Below are positions 29,436 through 40,404 of a stretch of 64,000 nt of DNA, piece by piece (the stretch's first letter is position 1; the number at the start of each line of letters is the position of its first letter). The position numbers and the translations under genes are program-made. The stretch is from Flavobacteriaceae bacterium (GTDB lineage: Bacteria; Bacteroidota; Bacteroidia; Flavobacteriales; Flavobacteriaceae). Location of the stretch: NCBI GenBank assembly GCA_947459635.1, contig CANHEA010000003.1:3386-67385 (forward strand), written 5' to 3'. The notes beneath the pieces are model-generated. The model worked only from the letters and a program-made list of their open reading frames with translations, did no database searches and had not been told where the DNA came from.

Positions 29436-31220
29436 ATGGCACGCTATAAAGAAAACGATTTACCAAAGTCAAAAATTACTGCTACTTCATTACAAAAAGC
29501 CACACTTATTTTTAAGTATTCTGGAAACCATAAATGGAAATTTTATGTTGGCTTGGTCTTCCTTTTACTCACAGGTGCTACGGCTTTAGCATTTCCAAAA
29601 TTAATGGGAATGTTGGTAGATTGCGTAAAGAACAAAGATCATGATTTAGCGAATAATATTGCATTAGGCTTAGTCATGATCTTGTTTTTACAATCTTTTT
29701 TTTCCTTTTTTAGACTTTCATTATTTGTCAATTTTACGGAAAACACACTCGCCAATTTGCGTTTAGAACTTTACAGTAATTTGGTAAAATTACCCATGTC
29801 GTTCTTTTCTCAAAAGCGTGTAGGCGAATTAAACAGTAGAATTAGCTCTGACATAACGCAAATTCAAGATACACTAACATCAACTATTGCAGAATTTTTA
29901 CGTCAGTTCATTTTAATTATTGGCGGTGTAATTCTTTTGGCCAACGAAAGTTTAAAATTAACACTCTTAATGTTATCTGTGGTTCCTTTAGTTGCTGTTG
30001 CTGCTGTAATTTTTGGAAGATTCATCCGTAAATATTCCAAAAAAGTTCAAGATCAAGTAGCAGAAAGTCAAGTTATCGTTGAAGAAACTATGCAAGGTAT
30101 TAGTATCGTGAAAGCTTTTGCTAACGAATGGTACGAAATTGCCCGCTACAATGGTAAAATTCGAGATATTGTCAAAATAGCAATCAAAGGAGGAAAATAT
30201 CGCGGTTATTTTGCTTCGTTTATTATATTTTGTCTTTTTGGTTCTATTGTAGCCGTAGTCTGGTATGGAGTTCAACTCAGTATTAGCGGTGAAATGAGCG
30301 TTGGTCAATTGATTACTTTTGTGCTCTACTCTACTTTTGTTGGGGCTTCCTTTGGTGGCATTGCCGAATTGTATGCGCAAATCCAAAAAGCGATTGGTGC
30401 TACAGAACGTGTATTCGAATTGTTGGAAGAAACTCCGGAAAAAATCAATAGTAATTCTGCTCAAAATCATGAGAAAATAAAAGGAAATGTAAGTTTCAAA
30501 AATGTTGCTTTTAGCTATCCCTCTCGAAAAGAAATTGAGGTTTTAAAAGGGGTGAATTTTAAGGCAGAATTCGGTCAAAAAATTGCCATTGTTGGGCCAA
30601 GTGGTGTAGGAAAATCAACTATAGCCTCACTCCTACTTCGATTTTACGATATTGATGGCGGAACAATCGAAATAGATGGAAAAAATATATATGATTTTGA
30701 TTTAGAAACTTTACGAGGAAATATGAGTATTGTTCCTCAAGATGTTATTCTTTTTGGTGGAACTATTAAAGAAAATATCGCTTATGGCAAACCCAATGCT
30801 ACTGATGATGAAATAACTTTAGCGGCAAAACAAGCCAATGCACTTAATTTTATTGAAGGTTTTCCAGAAAAAATGGAAACCATTGTAGGCGAACGTGGTA
30901 TCAAATTATCAGGTGGTCAACGGCAACGAATTGCCATCGCTAGAGCTTTACTCAAAAATCCAAGTATCTTAATTCTCGATGAAGCAACATCATCATTAGA
31001 TAGCGAAAGTGAAAAATTGGTTCAAGAAGCTTTAGAAATTTTAATGCAAGGAAGAACGAGCATTATTATCGCCCATCGACTTTCTACCATTCGAAGTGCA
31101 GATCAAATCTTGGTCTTAGATAACGGAATCATCACTGAGCAGGGAACGCATCAAGAACTTTTAGCACTGGAAAACGGACTCTATAAGAATCTAAGTAATT
31201 TGCAGTTTAGTAATTCCTAA
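29436..31220 (+). CDS. ABC exporter, fused TMD-NBD (MsbA/ABCB10-like)
   Basis: 6 TM domain, GPSGVGKS, LSGGQRQR, LDEATSSLD, IAHRLST. Confidence 0.95.
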   Translation: MARYKENDLPKSKITATSLQKATLIFKYSGNHKWKFYVGLVFLLLTGATALAFPKLMGMLVDCVKNKDHDLANNIALGLVMILFLQSFFSFFRLSLFVNFTENTLANLRLELYSNLVKLPMSFFSQKRVGELNSRISSDITQIQDTLTSTIAEFLRQFILIIGGVILLANESLKLTLLMLSVVPLVAVAAVIFGRFIRKYSKKVQDQVAESQVIVEETMQGISIVKAFANEWYEIARYNGKIRDIVKIAIKGGKYRGYFASFIIFCLFGSIVAVVWYGVQLSISGEMSVGQLITFVLYSTFVGASFGGIAELYAQIQKAIGATERVFELLEETPEKINSNSAQNHEKIKGNVSFKNVAFSYPSRKEIEVLKGVNFKAEFGQKIAIVGPSGVGKSTIASLLLRFYDIDGGTIEIDGKNIYDFDLETLRGNMSIVPQDVILFGGTIKENIAYGKPNATDDEITLAAKQANALNFIEGFPEKMETIVGERGIKLSGGQRQRIAIARALLKNPSILILDEATSSLDSESEKLVQEALEILMQGRTSIIIAHRLSTIRSADQILVLDNGIITEQGTHQELLALENGLYKNLSNLQFSNS

Positions 31221-31264
31221 CTACGCTAGAACGTTCATTTCGTTAGAAGTCGAAAGCTAAACAA

Positions 31265-34200
31265 TTATCGCTTCAAACTAAAATGAGAACGAAACTGTTT
31301 CTCGCGATTTTTTTCATAGTAATCAATAAGAAACCAATAGTCAGAGGACGGCATTTGGCTTCCGTTATAGATGCCATCCCATCCTTTCCCCCTTGTTGAA
31401 ATTTCTTTGAGAAGTTTTCCATATCGGTCAAATATATATATGACAGGCCGGAAATCGTTAGACAAACCCTCGATGTTCCAGGTGTCATTATAACCATCTT
31501 CATTAGGCGTAAAGAAATGAGGATAGCCGATAACTGTAATAGTTTCAATCAAATTTGTACATCCGTCAAGGTCAGTTACTTTAACAGTATGTTCTCCCAA
31601 AGAAACATTATAAAATACGTTTGAAGATTGCATGGATCCATTGTCCAATTGGTATAAATAATTACCACTTCCGGAAACTGTTACCACTACCATCGGATTC
31701 TCTGTAAAAGCTTCATAACCGGAAGTAACCATAGCTTGGGCTGCTAGGGTCTCCGTTACTTCGGCACTTGCAGGAAAAGAAACACATCCAGTAGTCGAAT
31801 TCGTAGCAATAACTTCATACAATCCTGCTTCACTGGCTTCATAAAAATAATTGTCAACACCTAAATTAGTTGTGTTGTGAAACCAACTAAAATCATAAGC
31901 AGCAGGACTTAAACCCGAATCTAGAACATAAGTGCGAATCACTTGAGAAGTATCTTGATTAATGCAAATTACGCCATCATAAAGTTCAGGCATAGGAAGA
32001 GGATTTACTTTTACGAGTATACTACTAGGATTTCCAATACAATTATTTGCTTCCGGTATGACAGAATAGGCAACAGTTCCTACTCCATTGACTGTAGTCG
32101 TTAACGTTTGGAAAATTGTATTGCCACTTCCATTTTGGCTACCAACTGCATTTACTTGTGCCGTCGTATAAGAAAAGGTGGTCCCTGGAACCGTACTATT
32201 TAATGTAATATTTGTTGTTTCACCCGAACAAATTTCCATTGCAAGCGATGAAGTAGCAACAGCAGGTGTTGGCTTAATTATTACTGTTGTTGACGTAGGA
32301 ACAGCTGAACAACCTAGGCTAGCTGGAGTTGTATACGTAACGGTATATGTGTCTGGCAAACTCGTGCTCGGATAAACTGCGCCAGAGTTGATATTGAAAG
32401 TCAATCCTACAGGGGATGAAGTAAAAGTACCTGCAGTATAAGCATTCGTACCAGACAATGATACATTTTGTGCTGCAGTAAGTGTAGAACAAAATGGACT
32501 TCCTACATAACTTATGTTGGCTGTTGGGATCGCAGTTATTCGTACCGATGTCGCCGCCGCTACAGTCGAACAACCTCCATTTGCTGGTACTGTATAAATT
32601 ACTGAATATATTCCTGCCGTACTATTACTTGGCAAAATCGCACCAGTCGAGGCGTTCAATAAAAGGCCTTCAGGTTGCGAACTGAAGGTTCCTCCGGTAT
32701 ATGCATTCGTTCCTGCTAAAGTTACCAATTGCCCTGTGTTCACTGACATGCAAAAAGGAGTTCCAGGATAATTAATGGTTGCCGTTGGCAGGGAAGTGAT
32801 GATCAGTGAAGTGGTAGATTGACCACTCGAACACCCACCAGTTGAGGGATACGTATAGGAAACTGTATATAATCCAGCTAAACTCGTGCTAGGGATTATT
32901 GCCCCAGAATTGACATTGAGAGTCAATCCAGCTCCAGATGAACTAAAAGTACCTCCAGTATAAGCATTCGTTCCCGACAAGAAGACGTTTTGTGAGCCAG
33001 TAAGTGTTGAACAAAAGGGTGTTCCTGGATAACTTATTATGGCTGTAGGAATTCCAGTTATCGTCACAGAAGTTGTTGCTAATACAGTTGAACAACCTCC
33101 ACTTGCTGGAACAGTATAGGTCACGGTATATGTTCCTGTTGTGCTATTACTTGGTACAATCACACCAGTTGAAGCGTTCAATTGCAATCCTGCAGGTTGT
33201 GCACTATAGATACCTCCTGTGTAAGCGTTCGTTCCTACTAAAGTAACGGACTGTCCTGCGTTTAGTGATTTACAAAAAGGTGTTCCACCATAATTAATGG
33301 TTGACGTTGGCAGTGAAGTTATCACCAATGAAGTTGTAGTTTGACCACTTGAACATCCGCCAGTTGCAGGATACGTATAGGTAATTGTATATGATCCAGC
33401 TACACTTGAGCTAGGTATAATTGCCCCAGAATTGACATTCAAAGTCAATCCAACTCCGGATGAACTAAAAGTACCTCCACTATAAGCATTGGTGCCTGAC
33501 AGTGAAACGCTTTGTGGTGCTGTAAGTGTTGAACAAAAAGGAGTACCTACATAACCTATGATTGCTGTTGGGAGTCCAGTTATAGTTACAGAAGTTGTTG
33601 CCAGTACCGTTGAACAACCTCCACTTGACGGAACCGTATAAGTAACCGTGTACGTTCCTGCTGTGCTATTACTTGGTACAATCACACCTGTTGAAGCATT
33701 TATTTGTAGGCCTGCAGGCAGTGCACTGTAGGTTCCTCCAGTATATGCATTTGTTCCAGATAAAGTTACCGGTTGTCCAGAATTGAGTGATTTACAAAAA
33801 GGTGTTCCAGCATAACTAATTGTTGCTGTTGGTAGCAAGGTAACTCTTAACACACCAGATAAAGTGGCAGCTGGTGCACATCCTCCAATGGTTGTGACAC
33901 TAAAGTTAAATATGCCTCCTTGCGTTGGTGTCCCACTTAAAGTAAATGCGCCACTTGAAAATAGACCAGTTACTCCTGTTGGCAAACCAGTTGCATTCGC
34001 AGTCGTTGCACCATTGCCTACGGTATATGCGATAGGTGCAATCGATGTATTAATGCATACAGTTTGATTTGTTGTAGCAACTGCTGAACTCAATGCTATT
34101 GTTGGTAACGGATCAACTTCTACCGTCTTAGAATTCGACAGAGTAACGTTGCATCCTGATAATGTTATTGCGGTGGCAGTAAGGGTCGTGTCGACTGTAA

Positions 34201-35590
34201 TTGCACTTATGGCCACAGTTGCAATACCTGAGCTATTTAAGTTCACGGTCAAGTTACCACCAGTATTGATATGATAAGTAACAACGGAGTTTGGAGTTCC
34301 AGTGATAGTATAAACTACATTTGTACCTATGCAAACTGAAGTAGGCGCAGATATTCCGATTAGTGCTGGTGGTAAAGTGGCAACCAGAACTACACTTGTT
34401 GGTGAGGCAGTACAACCAACAAAATTTGTTAGAATATTAGTGTAATTTCCTGCGTTGAGTCCACTTATAATAATCTGACCAATCGCATTACTAGACAAAG
34501 TTGCTGCAACCGGAACACCATCATCTAAGTACGTGACATTGTAGGACGTTGATGCTGCCAATCCTGATATCGTAATCTTTCCGTTCGCAATTCCACATGT
34601 TGGATTTGTACCAACAGCGGTTGGACAAAGAATAGAACAATCGGTTGCTCCTGCACCTATATCTCCTGTATTTGTTTGTGTCATCGAAATATATCCCGCT
34701 GCGCCATCATAATTGGTTATCAGAACCATATATATTTCTCCGACTAATGCATTAGGAATAACCGCAGATTCTACAGGAGCTGTAGAATAGCTGCAATCCA
34801 CGACATTACCAGAACAATCATGATCATCAACACAATCACCGAGTGTAAAATTCGCACATGCAGTGAACTGATCAGGAAATGGACCCCAAATTGCATAATC
34901 TACATCCAAACCAGTACCTGTACCTCCTGGACCTGTAGACTGTTCGATTGATAATTCTAGTCTTCCAGGAATGGCAACTGACAAATAATACCAAGCTGGA
35001 TTTGGAGCCGTATCTAAACAAGTATTATTGGTAATGACCGCTGGTGCGTCGGGCACGTTGTCGCAAGTACTTAGGTTGGGAAATTCTAATGATCCTGCAT
35101 CAGCACAAAAGGGATCGGCTCCCGGACAAACTGAATTTGTCGGCGCAACAATTGTATTTGGGGTTGGACTACAGGATATTGTAGCTTCCCATCCCGAATT
35201 TTCGGTGTTATTATCGGACTCAAAAGTTATGGTAAGGCAGCCTGAAGGATCGCTGGATAAAATGCCACCTGAACAACCTACTGGAGAAAAATTACCGTAG
35301 GTTCCTAATAGTGTTCCCGTGGTTCCAGTTCCGCTATAAATTCGCATAAAATCGCGCGGTTCACCTTCCACATTAAAGTCGGTAAATTGTAATTGAACAT
35401 AGGTACCTGGGGTCGCAGGGCAAAAAGTAATTTCGAAATTTTCGTTTGAACTGTAATCGTTAGCTGCACCTCCAGAATCATAAAATGTACCCGAACATGT
35501 CGAAAATACACCATTCTGCATCGTATATATTTGTGCTTTTATAGAGAAAGTAACAAAAATAAACAATACCAAAAATAATTTTCCCCCCAT
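31265..35590 (-). CDS. T9SS type-B CTD surface protein with CUB domain and six 87-aa Ig-like repeats (start probably ATG 35590)
   Basis: CSGTFYDSGG...F.SD...GW CUB motif; YP.FFTPN.DGYND.W...IFDRYGK...GWDG...P..DYWF...HFSLKR. Confidence 0.92.
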   Translation of the reverse strand: MGGKLFLVLFIFVTFSIKAQIYTMQNGVFSTCSGTFYDSGGAANDYSSNENFEITFCPATPGTYVQLQFTDFNVEGEPRDFMRIYSGTGTTGTLLGTYGNFSPVGCSGGILSSDPSGCLTITFESDNNTENSGWEATISCSPTPNTIVAPTNSVCPGADPFCADAGSLEFPNLSTCDNVPDAPAVITNNTCLDTAPNPAWYYLSVAIPGRLELSIEQSTGPGGTGTGLDVDYAIWGPFPDQFTACANFTLGDCVDDHDCSGNVVDCSYSTAPVESAVIPNALVGEIYMVLITNYDGAAGYISMTQTNTGDIGAGATDCSILCPTAVGTNPTCGIANGKITISGLAASTSYNVTYLDDGVPVAATLSSNAIGQIIISGLNAGNYTNILTNFVGCTASPTSVVLVATLPPALIGISAPTSVCIGTNVVYTITGTPNSVVTYHINTGGNLTVNLNSSGIATVAISAITVDTTLTATAITLSGCNVTLSNSKTVEVDPLPTIALSSAVATTNQTVCINTSIAPIAYTVGNGATTANATGLPTGVTGLFSSGAFTLSGTPTQGGIFNFSVTTIGGCAPAATLSGVLRVTLLPTATISYAGTPFCKSLNSGQPVTLSGTNAYTGGTYSALPAGLQINASTGVIVPSNSTAGTYTVTYTVPSSGGCSTVLATTSVTITGLPTAIIGYVGTPFCSTLTAPQSVSLSGTNAYSGGTFSSSGVGLTLNVNSGAIIPSSSVAGSYTITYTYPATGGCSSGQTTTSLVITSLPTSTINYGGTPFCKSLNAGQSVTLVGTNAYTGGIYSAQPAGLQLNASTGVIVPSNSTTGTYTVTYTVPASGGCSTVLATTSVTITGIPTAIISYPGTPFCSTLTGSQNVFLSGTNAYTGGTFSSSGAGLTLNVNSGAIIPSTSLAGLYTVSYTYPSTGGCSSGQSTTSLIITSLPTATINYPGTPFCMSVNTGQLVTLAGTNAYTGGTFSSQPEGLLLNASTGAILPSNSTAGIYSVIYTVPANGGCSTVAAATSVRITAIPTANISYVGSPFCSTLTAAQNVSLSGTNAYTAGTFTSSPVGLTFNINSGAVYPSTSLPDTYTVTYTTPASLGCSAVPTSTTVIIKPTPAVATSSLAMEICSGETTNITLNSTVPGTTFSYTTAQVNAVGSQNGSGNTIFQTLTTTVNGVGTVAYSVIPEANNCIGNPSSILVKVNPLPMPELYDGVICINQDTSQVIRTYVLDSGLSPAAYDFSWFHNTTNLGVDNYFYEASEAGLYEVIATNSTTGCVSFPASAEVTETLAAQAMVTSGYEAFTENPMVVVTVSGSGNYLYQLDNGSMQSSNVFYNVSLGEHTVKVTDLDGCTNLIETITVIGYPHFFTPNEDGYNDTWNIEGLSNDFRPVIYIFDRYGKLLKEISTRGKGWDGIYNGSQMPSSDYWFLIDYYEKNREKQFRSHFSLKR
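32270..33835 (-). repeat. Six 261-bp intragenic repeats
   Basis: (L/I)PT..I.Y.G.PFC...GTNAY..G...GC x6; identical motifs at 33791 and 33269 are 522 bp apart. Confidence 0.9.
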
Positions 35591-35613
35591 ACTTTTTTTG
35601 ACTTGTTTGCACA

Positions 35614-36063
35614 CTAATGAACTGGCTGAATTATGATAACAGTCTCAGAGCCATCTACCCTAACAAAAGTTTTTGTTTTTAAAGTCATCGTGAAATTATA
35701 CTTCAACGGATTAAACGTTTTAGCATCAAAAACTAGGTCTCGCATTAGTTTTGGATTGTATTTATTAATAAGTTCTAAACTAGATAACAATGGAATTTCT
35801 TTCTTTCCGAACTTTTGATTTGAAACAAATTCAATTCTATTTAAAAAATCCGTGACCAAATCCAGTCGTTTTGACTTCGAATTGAAAAACAATTCCTCTG
35901 CGTGATCTTGATAGACTTCCTTAATAAATCTATTGATTTGTTCTTTAGAATATTTCGCTGGCTGTTCTTGCACACTCAAACGAATAAAATCGTCATTGGA
36001 TTTGAAAGAACTGAAAAAACAAATCATCAACAAAATCAGCAAGAGAAAAACACTATTCTTCAT
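35614..36063 (-). CDS. Hypothetical exported protein upstream of type-B adhesin (ORF extends to 36087)
   Basis: Hydrophobic N-terminus MKNSVFLLLILL; FNPLKY motif; 23 bp from the adhesin start. Confidence 0.7.
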   Translation of the reverse strand: MKNSVFLLLILLMICFFSSFKSNDDFIRLSVQEQPAKYSKEQINRFIKEVYQDHAEELFFNSKSKRLDLVTDFLNRIEFVSNQKFGKKEIPLLSSLELINKYNPKLMRDLVFDAKTFNPLKYNFTMTLKTKTFVRVDGSETVIIIQPVH

Positions 36064-36203
36064 TTTTTCATATATTTTAGCTGACAAATATAATTATTTA
36101 ACAAAAACATTGATAAAATAACGCTACTTAATTACACAATAAACAAAAAAAAGCTTGTACCCAAAAAGATACAAGCCAGTCGAATAAATGTTTTCAGAAT
36201 AAA

Positions 36204-37376
36204 TTAATTCTTATCTTTTCTTCGATCTCGTTCCGTCTTAAGTAAATTCAATTCACGACTCGTTTGTCCAGCAACCGAAGTATTTTCTTCCGCTCTTCGA
36301 ATCAAATACGGCATCACATCGCGTACTGGACCAAATGGCAAATACTTAGCAACATTATAACCATGGCTTGCCAAATTATAACTGATGTTATCGCTCATGC
36401 CATACAATTGCCCGTACCAAATGCGTTTGTCGTCTTTTGCAATTCCGTTTGCTAACTGCATATCCATCAATTTATAAGAGCTTTCTTCGTTATGAGTTCC
36501 AGCGAAAATGGACATATGATCAATGTGTTTCATCATGTAATCGACCGCGATATTGTAATTATCATCTGTTGCCTGTTTGGATGCACAAATTGGCGATGGA
36601 TAGCCTTTTTCTTCTGCACGCGCATTTTCCTTTTCCATGTAGGCGCCACGAACCAGTTTCATTCCAATATAAAATCGATCCGATTTTGCTCTTTCGTGCA
36701 ACTTTTTCAAATAGTCCATGCGATCCCAACGGTACATTTGTAAAGTATTAAATACAATAACTTTTTCTTTATTGTATTTTAGCATCATCGCTTCGACCAA
36801 ATCGTCAGCAGCATCTTGCATCCGGCTTTCTTCCGCATCAATCAATAAAGCAACATCCTTTTCATGGGCAGTTTTACAGATAATTTCAAAACGTTCTTTT
36901 ACTTTATTCCACTCGATTTCTTCTGCTGAAGTTAGCGTATTTTTCGAGCCCACTTTCTCGTACAAATCCAATCGACCTAGACCTGTTGGCTTAAAAACCG
37001 CAAAGGGAATCGCTTGACGTTCTTTTGCAAAATCAACGGTTTTTAAAGTCATTTCTAGCGCCGCGTCGAATTGGACTTCTTCTTCTTTCCCTTCTACAGA
37101 ATAATCCAAAACAGAAGAAACACCTTTGGTATACATTTTATCAACTACAGACAAACAATCTACTTCATTGACACCACCACAAAAATGATCGAACACGGTA
37201 GCTCGAATCAATCCATCGACAGGAAGATGAGCTTTCAAAGCAAAATTAGTAACCGCCGTTCCGATGCGAACCAACGGTTCATTGGCAATCATCTTAAATA
37301 AAAAGTACGCTCGATCTAATTCGGTATCACTTTTTAAAGCAAAAGCGACTTGAGTGTTGTTGAAGATTTTTTCCAT
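36204..37376 (-). CDS. Proline dehydrogenase (monofunctional)
   Basis: IDAEE, KLVRGAY, GTHN, GQLYGM, KYLPFG, YLIRRAEEN. Confidence 0.95.
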   Translation of the reverse strand: MEKIFNNTQVAFALKSDTELDRAYFLFKMIANEPLVRIGTAVTNFALKAHLPVDGLIRATVFDHFCGGVNEVDCLSVVDKMYTKGVSSVLDYSVEGKEEEVQFDAALEMTLKTVDFAKERQAIPFAVFKPTGLGRLDLYEKVGSKNTLTSAEEIEWNKVKERFEIICKTAHEKDVALLIDAEESRMQDAADDLVEAMMLKYNKEKVIVFNTLQMYRWDRMDYLKKLHERAKSDRFYIGMKLVRGAYMEKENARAEEKGYPSPICASKQATDDNYNIAVDYMMKHIDHMSIFAGTHNEESSYKLMDMQLANGIAKDDKRIWYGQLYGMSDNISYNLASHGYNVAKYLPFGPVRDVMPYLIRRAEENTSVAGQTSRELNLLKTERDRRKDKN

Positions 37377-37400
37377 AAAAAAAAAGGAACTTATTTTATT

Positions 37401-40163
37401 TTAATTTTTTACAATTTTACTGCTGCTAACCACGCCTTCATTCGAGTAAGCCCTAAGCAAATAAACTGCCGGAAGACAGTCGGAAATATCTATACTGGAC
37501 GTTGATGAAGCCTTAATAAACCTGCCGGTCATATCGTAAACCTCCGTCCTTATAACAGCATTTGCATTAGTGATATTGATAAATGAATCGGTCGGGTTCG
37601 GATAAAAAATCATCACCGAATCACGGCTTTCAGGTAAAAAACCTGCTGTATCCAAATAGTTCGGAATGTCATATTTATGAACATAACCACGGGACCAAGC
37701 CAGTTGTGAAGTGAGTTGATTACTGTTAGTACCAGTGATGATTAATTTTTCGGTACTGTCTTTTACACCATAAAAGGACGAAAGCGTACCTGGTACTTTA
37801 AACGCCGTTACAGTTTGCGCATTTTCATCAATGACTTCAACCGTGTTATTGCTGTAGGTATTGAGGAGCATATAATTGCCAATATTCATTAGCGAAACGT
37901 AATCATAGGAATAGTTTTCAGTACTCTCTGTAATTAAGTTTAAGGTATTGTCGTAAATCCTTATTTTCCCGTCGTCGTTGAGTGTGAACAACTGATTGTT
38001 GGTTGTGGTGGTCAATCTGGTTAGTCCCACTGTAATGGCATTATAAATATAAACTCCCGAAGGAGAAATCTTATTCAGTTTAATTTCACCTCCAGTTGTA
38101 GTACTTGTCATAAAAAACAGATTTCCAGAGCCATCGATCGTCGGTCCTCCAGCACCCATATACGTCCCAGTCGCATTTAGATCAGTAGAAAAAACAAAAT
38201 TAAGGTCGTCATAAGCTATTATTTGTAGCGGTACCAATGACGCTGTGGCCTTTTTATACAGGTAAAGCCTAGAATGCCCATTATTTTTAAATTCTTTGAA
38301 AAACAACTGCCCAGGAAAAATAAGCGTATCGATTACCATACCGTTCGAAGAGTTGATGGTTTCGATTTTAGTATCATCGGGAGCCGTCGCATTATAGACT
38401 TTATTGACAAAATTGATATTTCCATTCTGATCGATATACGAATTAAAAGCATTGTTGCAGGGAACCGAATAGAGAACCTGCCCATCGGGACTAATCTTAA
38501 TAAGCTTATATGATGGGCCGTTGACCAATCCGATTATATATAAATTGTTATTAGCATCTATAAGAAAGTTATTCACCAAATTAGAACTGAAGATGGTTTC
38601 TGCAATTTCCACTTGCCAGAGCATCGAAAGATTCGAATCATATTTGATAATCCTACTTTTTGAAGGCGGCTCAACACCGTTACTAGTCAATGGCGCTTCT
38701 CCGTATTTTTCCAGATTCGCTATTAAGATATTATCCTCGTGATCTAATAGGATTCTGGCGCCATAACTCATAGAGGTGCCTGTTCCTGAATATGTATACT
38801 GCTGTTCTACTGATGCAGGTTTAAGTTTCTGTACTAAAATATTCTGTTGTGTGTAAGAATCTGAATTTGGATACATCTGAGCTTGGGTTGTAGCAAAACG
38901 AATAATAGTATCATCGTTAACTTTACAAAAGTCATTCGTTGGGGCTGTATCTAAAGCGAAAGTATTAATCAGGTTTAAGGATGTGTCGAACAACTTTAAG
39001 TTGATTTCGTTATAAACCATAATCGAATAATCGGAAGCGATTTTAACCTTTACCGCATTGATAGGCGCAGTGGCAATATCGCTCGCTATCGCACCATTTG
39101 AATCAAATTGGGTTAAGTTAAATGTTAGGTTTCCTGCTATCAAGTTTCTATTTAAAACACACAAATCACCGGAAGCATTTAGAAAAGATTGCACAATTCT
39201 TTTTGAAACCCCAGCAGGCGGGCTGATGTTATATTTTAAATTACCAAGGGCATCAAATTTAATAATCCGGTAATTCGCCAAATTATTGGAGTTGTAACCC
39301 CAATAAATTGCATCATCTTGCCCGATGAGCAAATTCCCCGACGAAAAATAATTGGTATCGGCAATATCAATAATCGGATTCAAAGCATAAGTAATAACCG
39401 ATCCATCATTGATCTTCTTAATAAAATGCTCATAAAAAGATTGTTGTGCGTTGATATAATGCCTGCGATAAGCCATATAAAAATTGTGACTTTTATAATA
39501 AAATTTATATTCAATACCAGTGAAATTAACATTAAAATTATCCTCAAGCCCTTCCTTCACGTAGCTGTCTACAATCTGCCCGTCGGTATTAATGGTATAG
39601 AAAGTAAAAAAATAGCCAGTGTTTTGCTCATTGACCAATGCATAAACTACATGAAGCTCATCGTTTTCGAAAAACGATTCTGCGTAACCGGCGCCCGGAT
39701 TTATTGTATTAGTACTGTATGGGAAATCAAAATGCCAGAGTTCGTCGCCCGACGGACTATATTTAACCAAATAATTAGAAATAATCGGATCGGGATTTCT
39801 ATTTTGGCATCTTCCGAAAACGTAAATATTACCATCCTGGTCGATATGAATCGATTTCGGCGTATCATACGAAAGGTGAAACGGCCCATTGCTTCTGTTT
39901 TTTTGAAATGAATACTGCTTCTGCCATAACAAATTAAGATTGGCATCAAGTTTCATGGTAAGTAGATCCGTAAACGTGGAATCGCGTTCGGTTGTGCCGA
40001 CGACAATGACGTTGCCTTGATGGTCAGGTTCTGAAAAATATGTTACATCGCGATTGGTTTGGCCGTTGTTGCCAAATGATACTTTATTGTCCGGTGCTAA
40101 ATATTCTTGAGAAAACGAAGTAGCGGTAAAAAAAAATAAAACAAAAACCTTTAGCAAATGCAT
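37401..40163 (-). CDS. T9SS type-A CTD protein with beta-propeller repeats
   Basis: Signal peptide; D..GN.YV.G repeats; C-terminal YPNP...YDMTGR...Y.L...KIVKN. Confidence 0.88.
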   Translation of the reverse strand: MHLLKVFVLFFFTATSFSQEYLAPDNKVSFGNNGQTNRDVTYFSEPDHQGNVIVVGTTERDSTFTDLLTMKLDANLNLLWQKQYSFQKNRSNGPFHLSYDTPKSIHIDQDGNIYVFGRCQNRNPDPIISNYLVKYSPSGDELWHFDFPYSTNTINPGAGYAESFFENDELHVVYALVNEQNTGYFFTFYTINTDGQIVDSYVKEGLEDNFNVNFTGIEYKFYYKSHNFYMAYRRHYINAQQSFYEHFIKKINDGSVITYALNPIIDIADTNYFSSGNLLIGQDDAIYWGYNSNNLANYRIIKFDALGNLKYNISPPAGVSKRIVQSFLNASGDLCVLNRNLIAGNLTFNLTQFDSNGAIASDIATAPINAVKVKIASDYSIMVYNEINLKLFDTSLNLINTFALDTAPTNDFCKVNDDTIIRFATTQAQMYPNSDSYTQQNILVQKLKPASVEQQYTYSGTGTSMSYGARILLDHEDNILIANLEKYGEAPLTSNGVEPPSKSRIIKYDSNLSMLWQVEIAETIFSSNLVNNFLIDANNNLYIIGLVNGPSYKLIKISPDGQVLYSVPCNNAFNSYIDQNGNINFVNKVYNATAPDDTKIETINSSNGMVIDTLIFPGQLFFKEFKNNGHSRLYLYKKATASLVPLQIIAYDDLNFVFSTDLNATGTYMGAGGPTIDGSGNLFFMTSTTTGGEIKLNKISPSGVYIYNAITVGLTRLTTTTNNQLFTLNDDGKIRIYDNTLNLITESTENYSYDYVSLMNIGNYMLLNTYSNNTVEVIDENAQTVTAFKVPGTLSSFYGVKDSTEKLIITGTNSNQLTSQLAWSRGYVHKYDIPNYLDTAGFLPESRDSVMIFYPNPTDSFINITNANAVIRTEVYDMTGRFIKASSTSSIDISDCLPAVYLLRAYSNEGVVSSSKIVKN

Positions 40164-40404
40164 AACAGCGGATTTAACTTGCGTAAAAATATCAAAAAAA
40201 TCACAGCAAGTGTAGCTTGTTTTTTGAAATGTTTAAAAAAACTGAAATAGGTAGCGACTAACCACATTAGAAATCAAAAATTATACTTGGATAAGAATCG
40301 TGGAAAAAAATATCAAGAGCGTTTAATATAAAATTGGTGAACTTCAGAGCACATTCATTTTATAAAATGTCAATTGCATGATTGTCTGCATATTGTTGCA
40401 CGAT

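Noticed and set aside
39318-39911. 197-aa plus-strand ORF
   Set aside because: Antisense shadow of the T9SS propeller gene.
40164-40404. Possible small gene or pseudogene downstream of CRY-DASH
   Set aside because: Only very short ORFs without recognisable similarity; cannot be supported.
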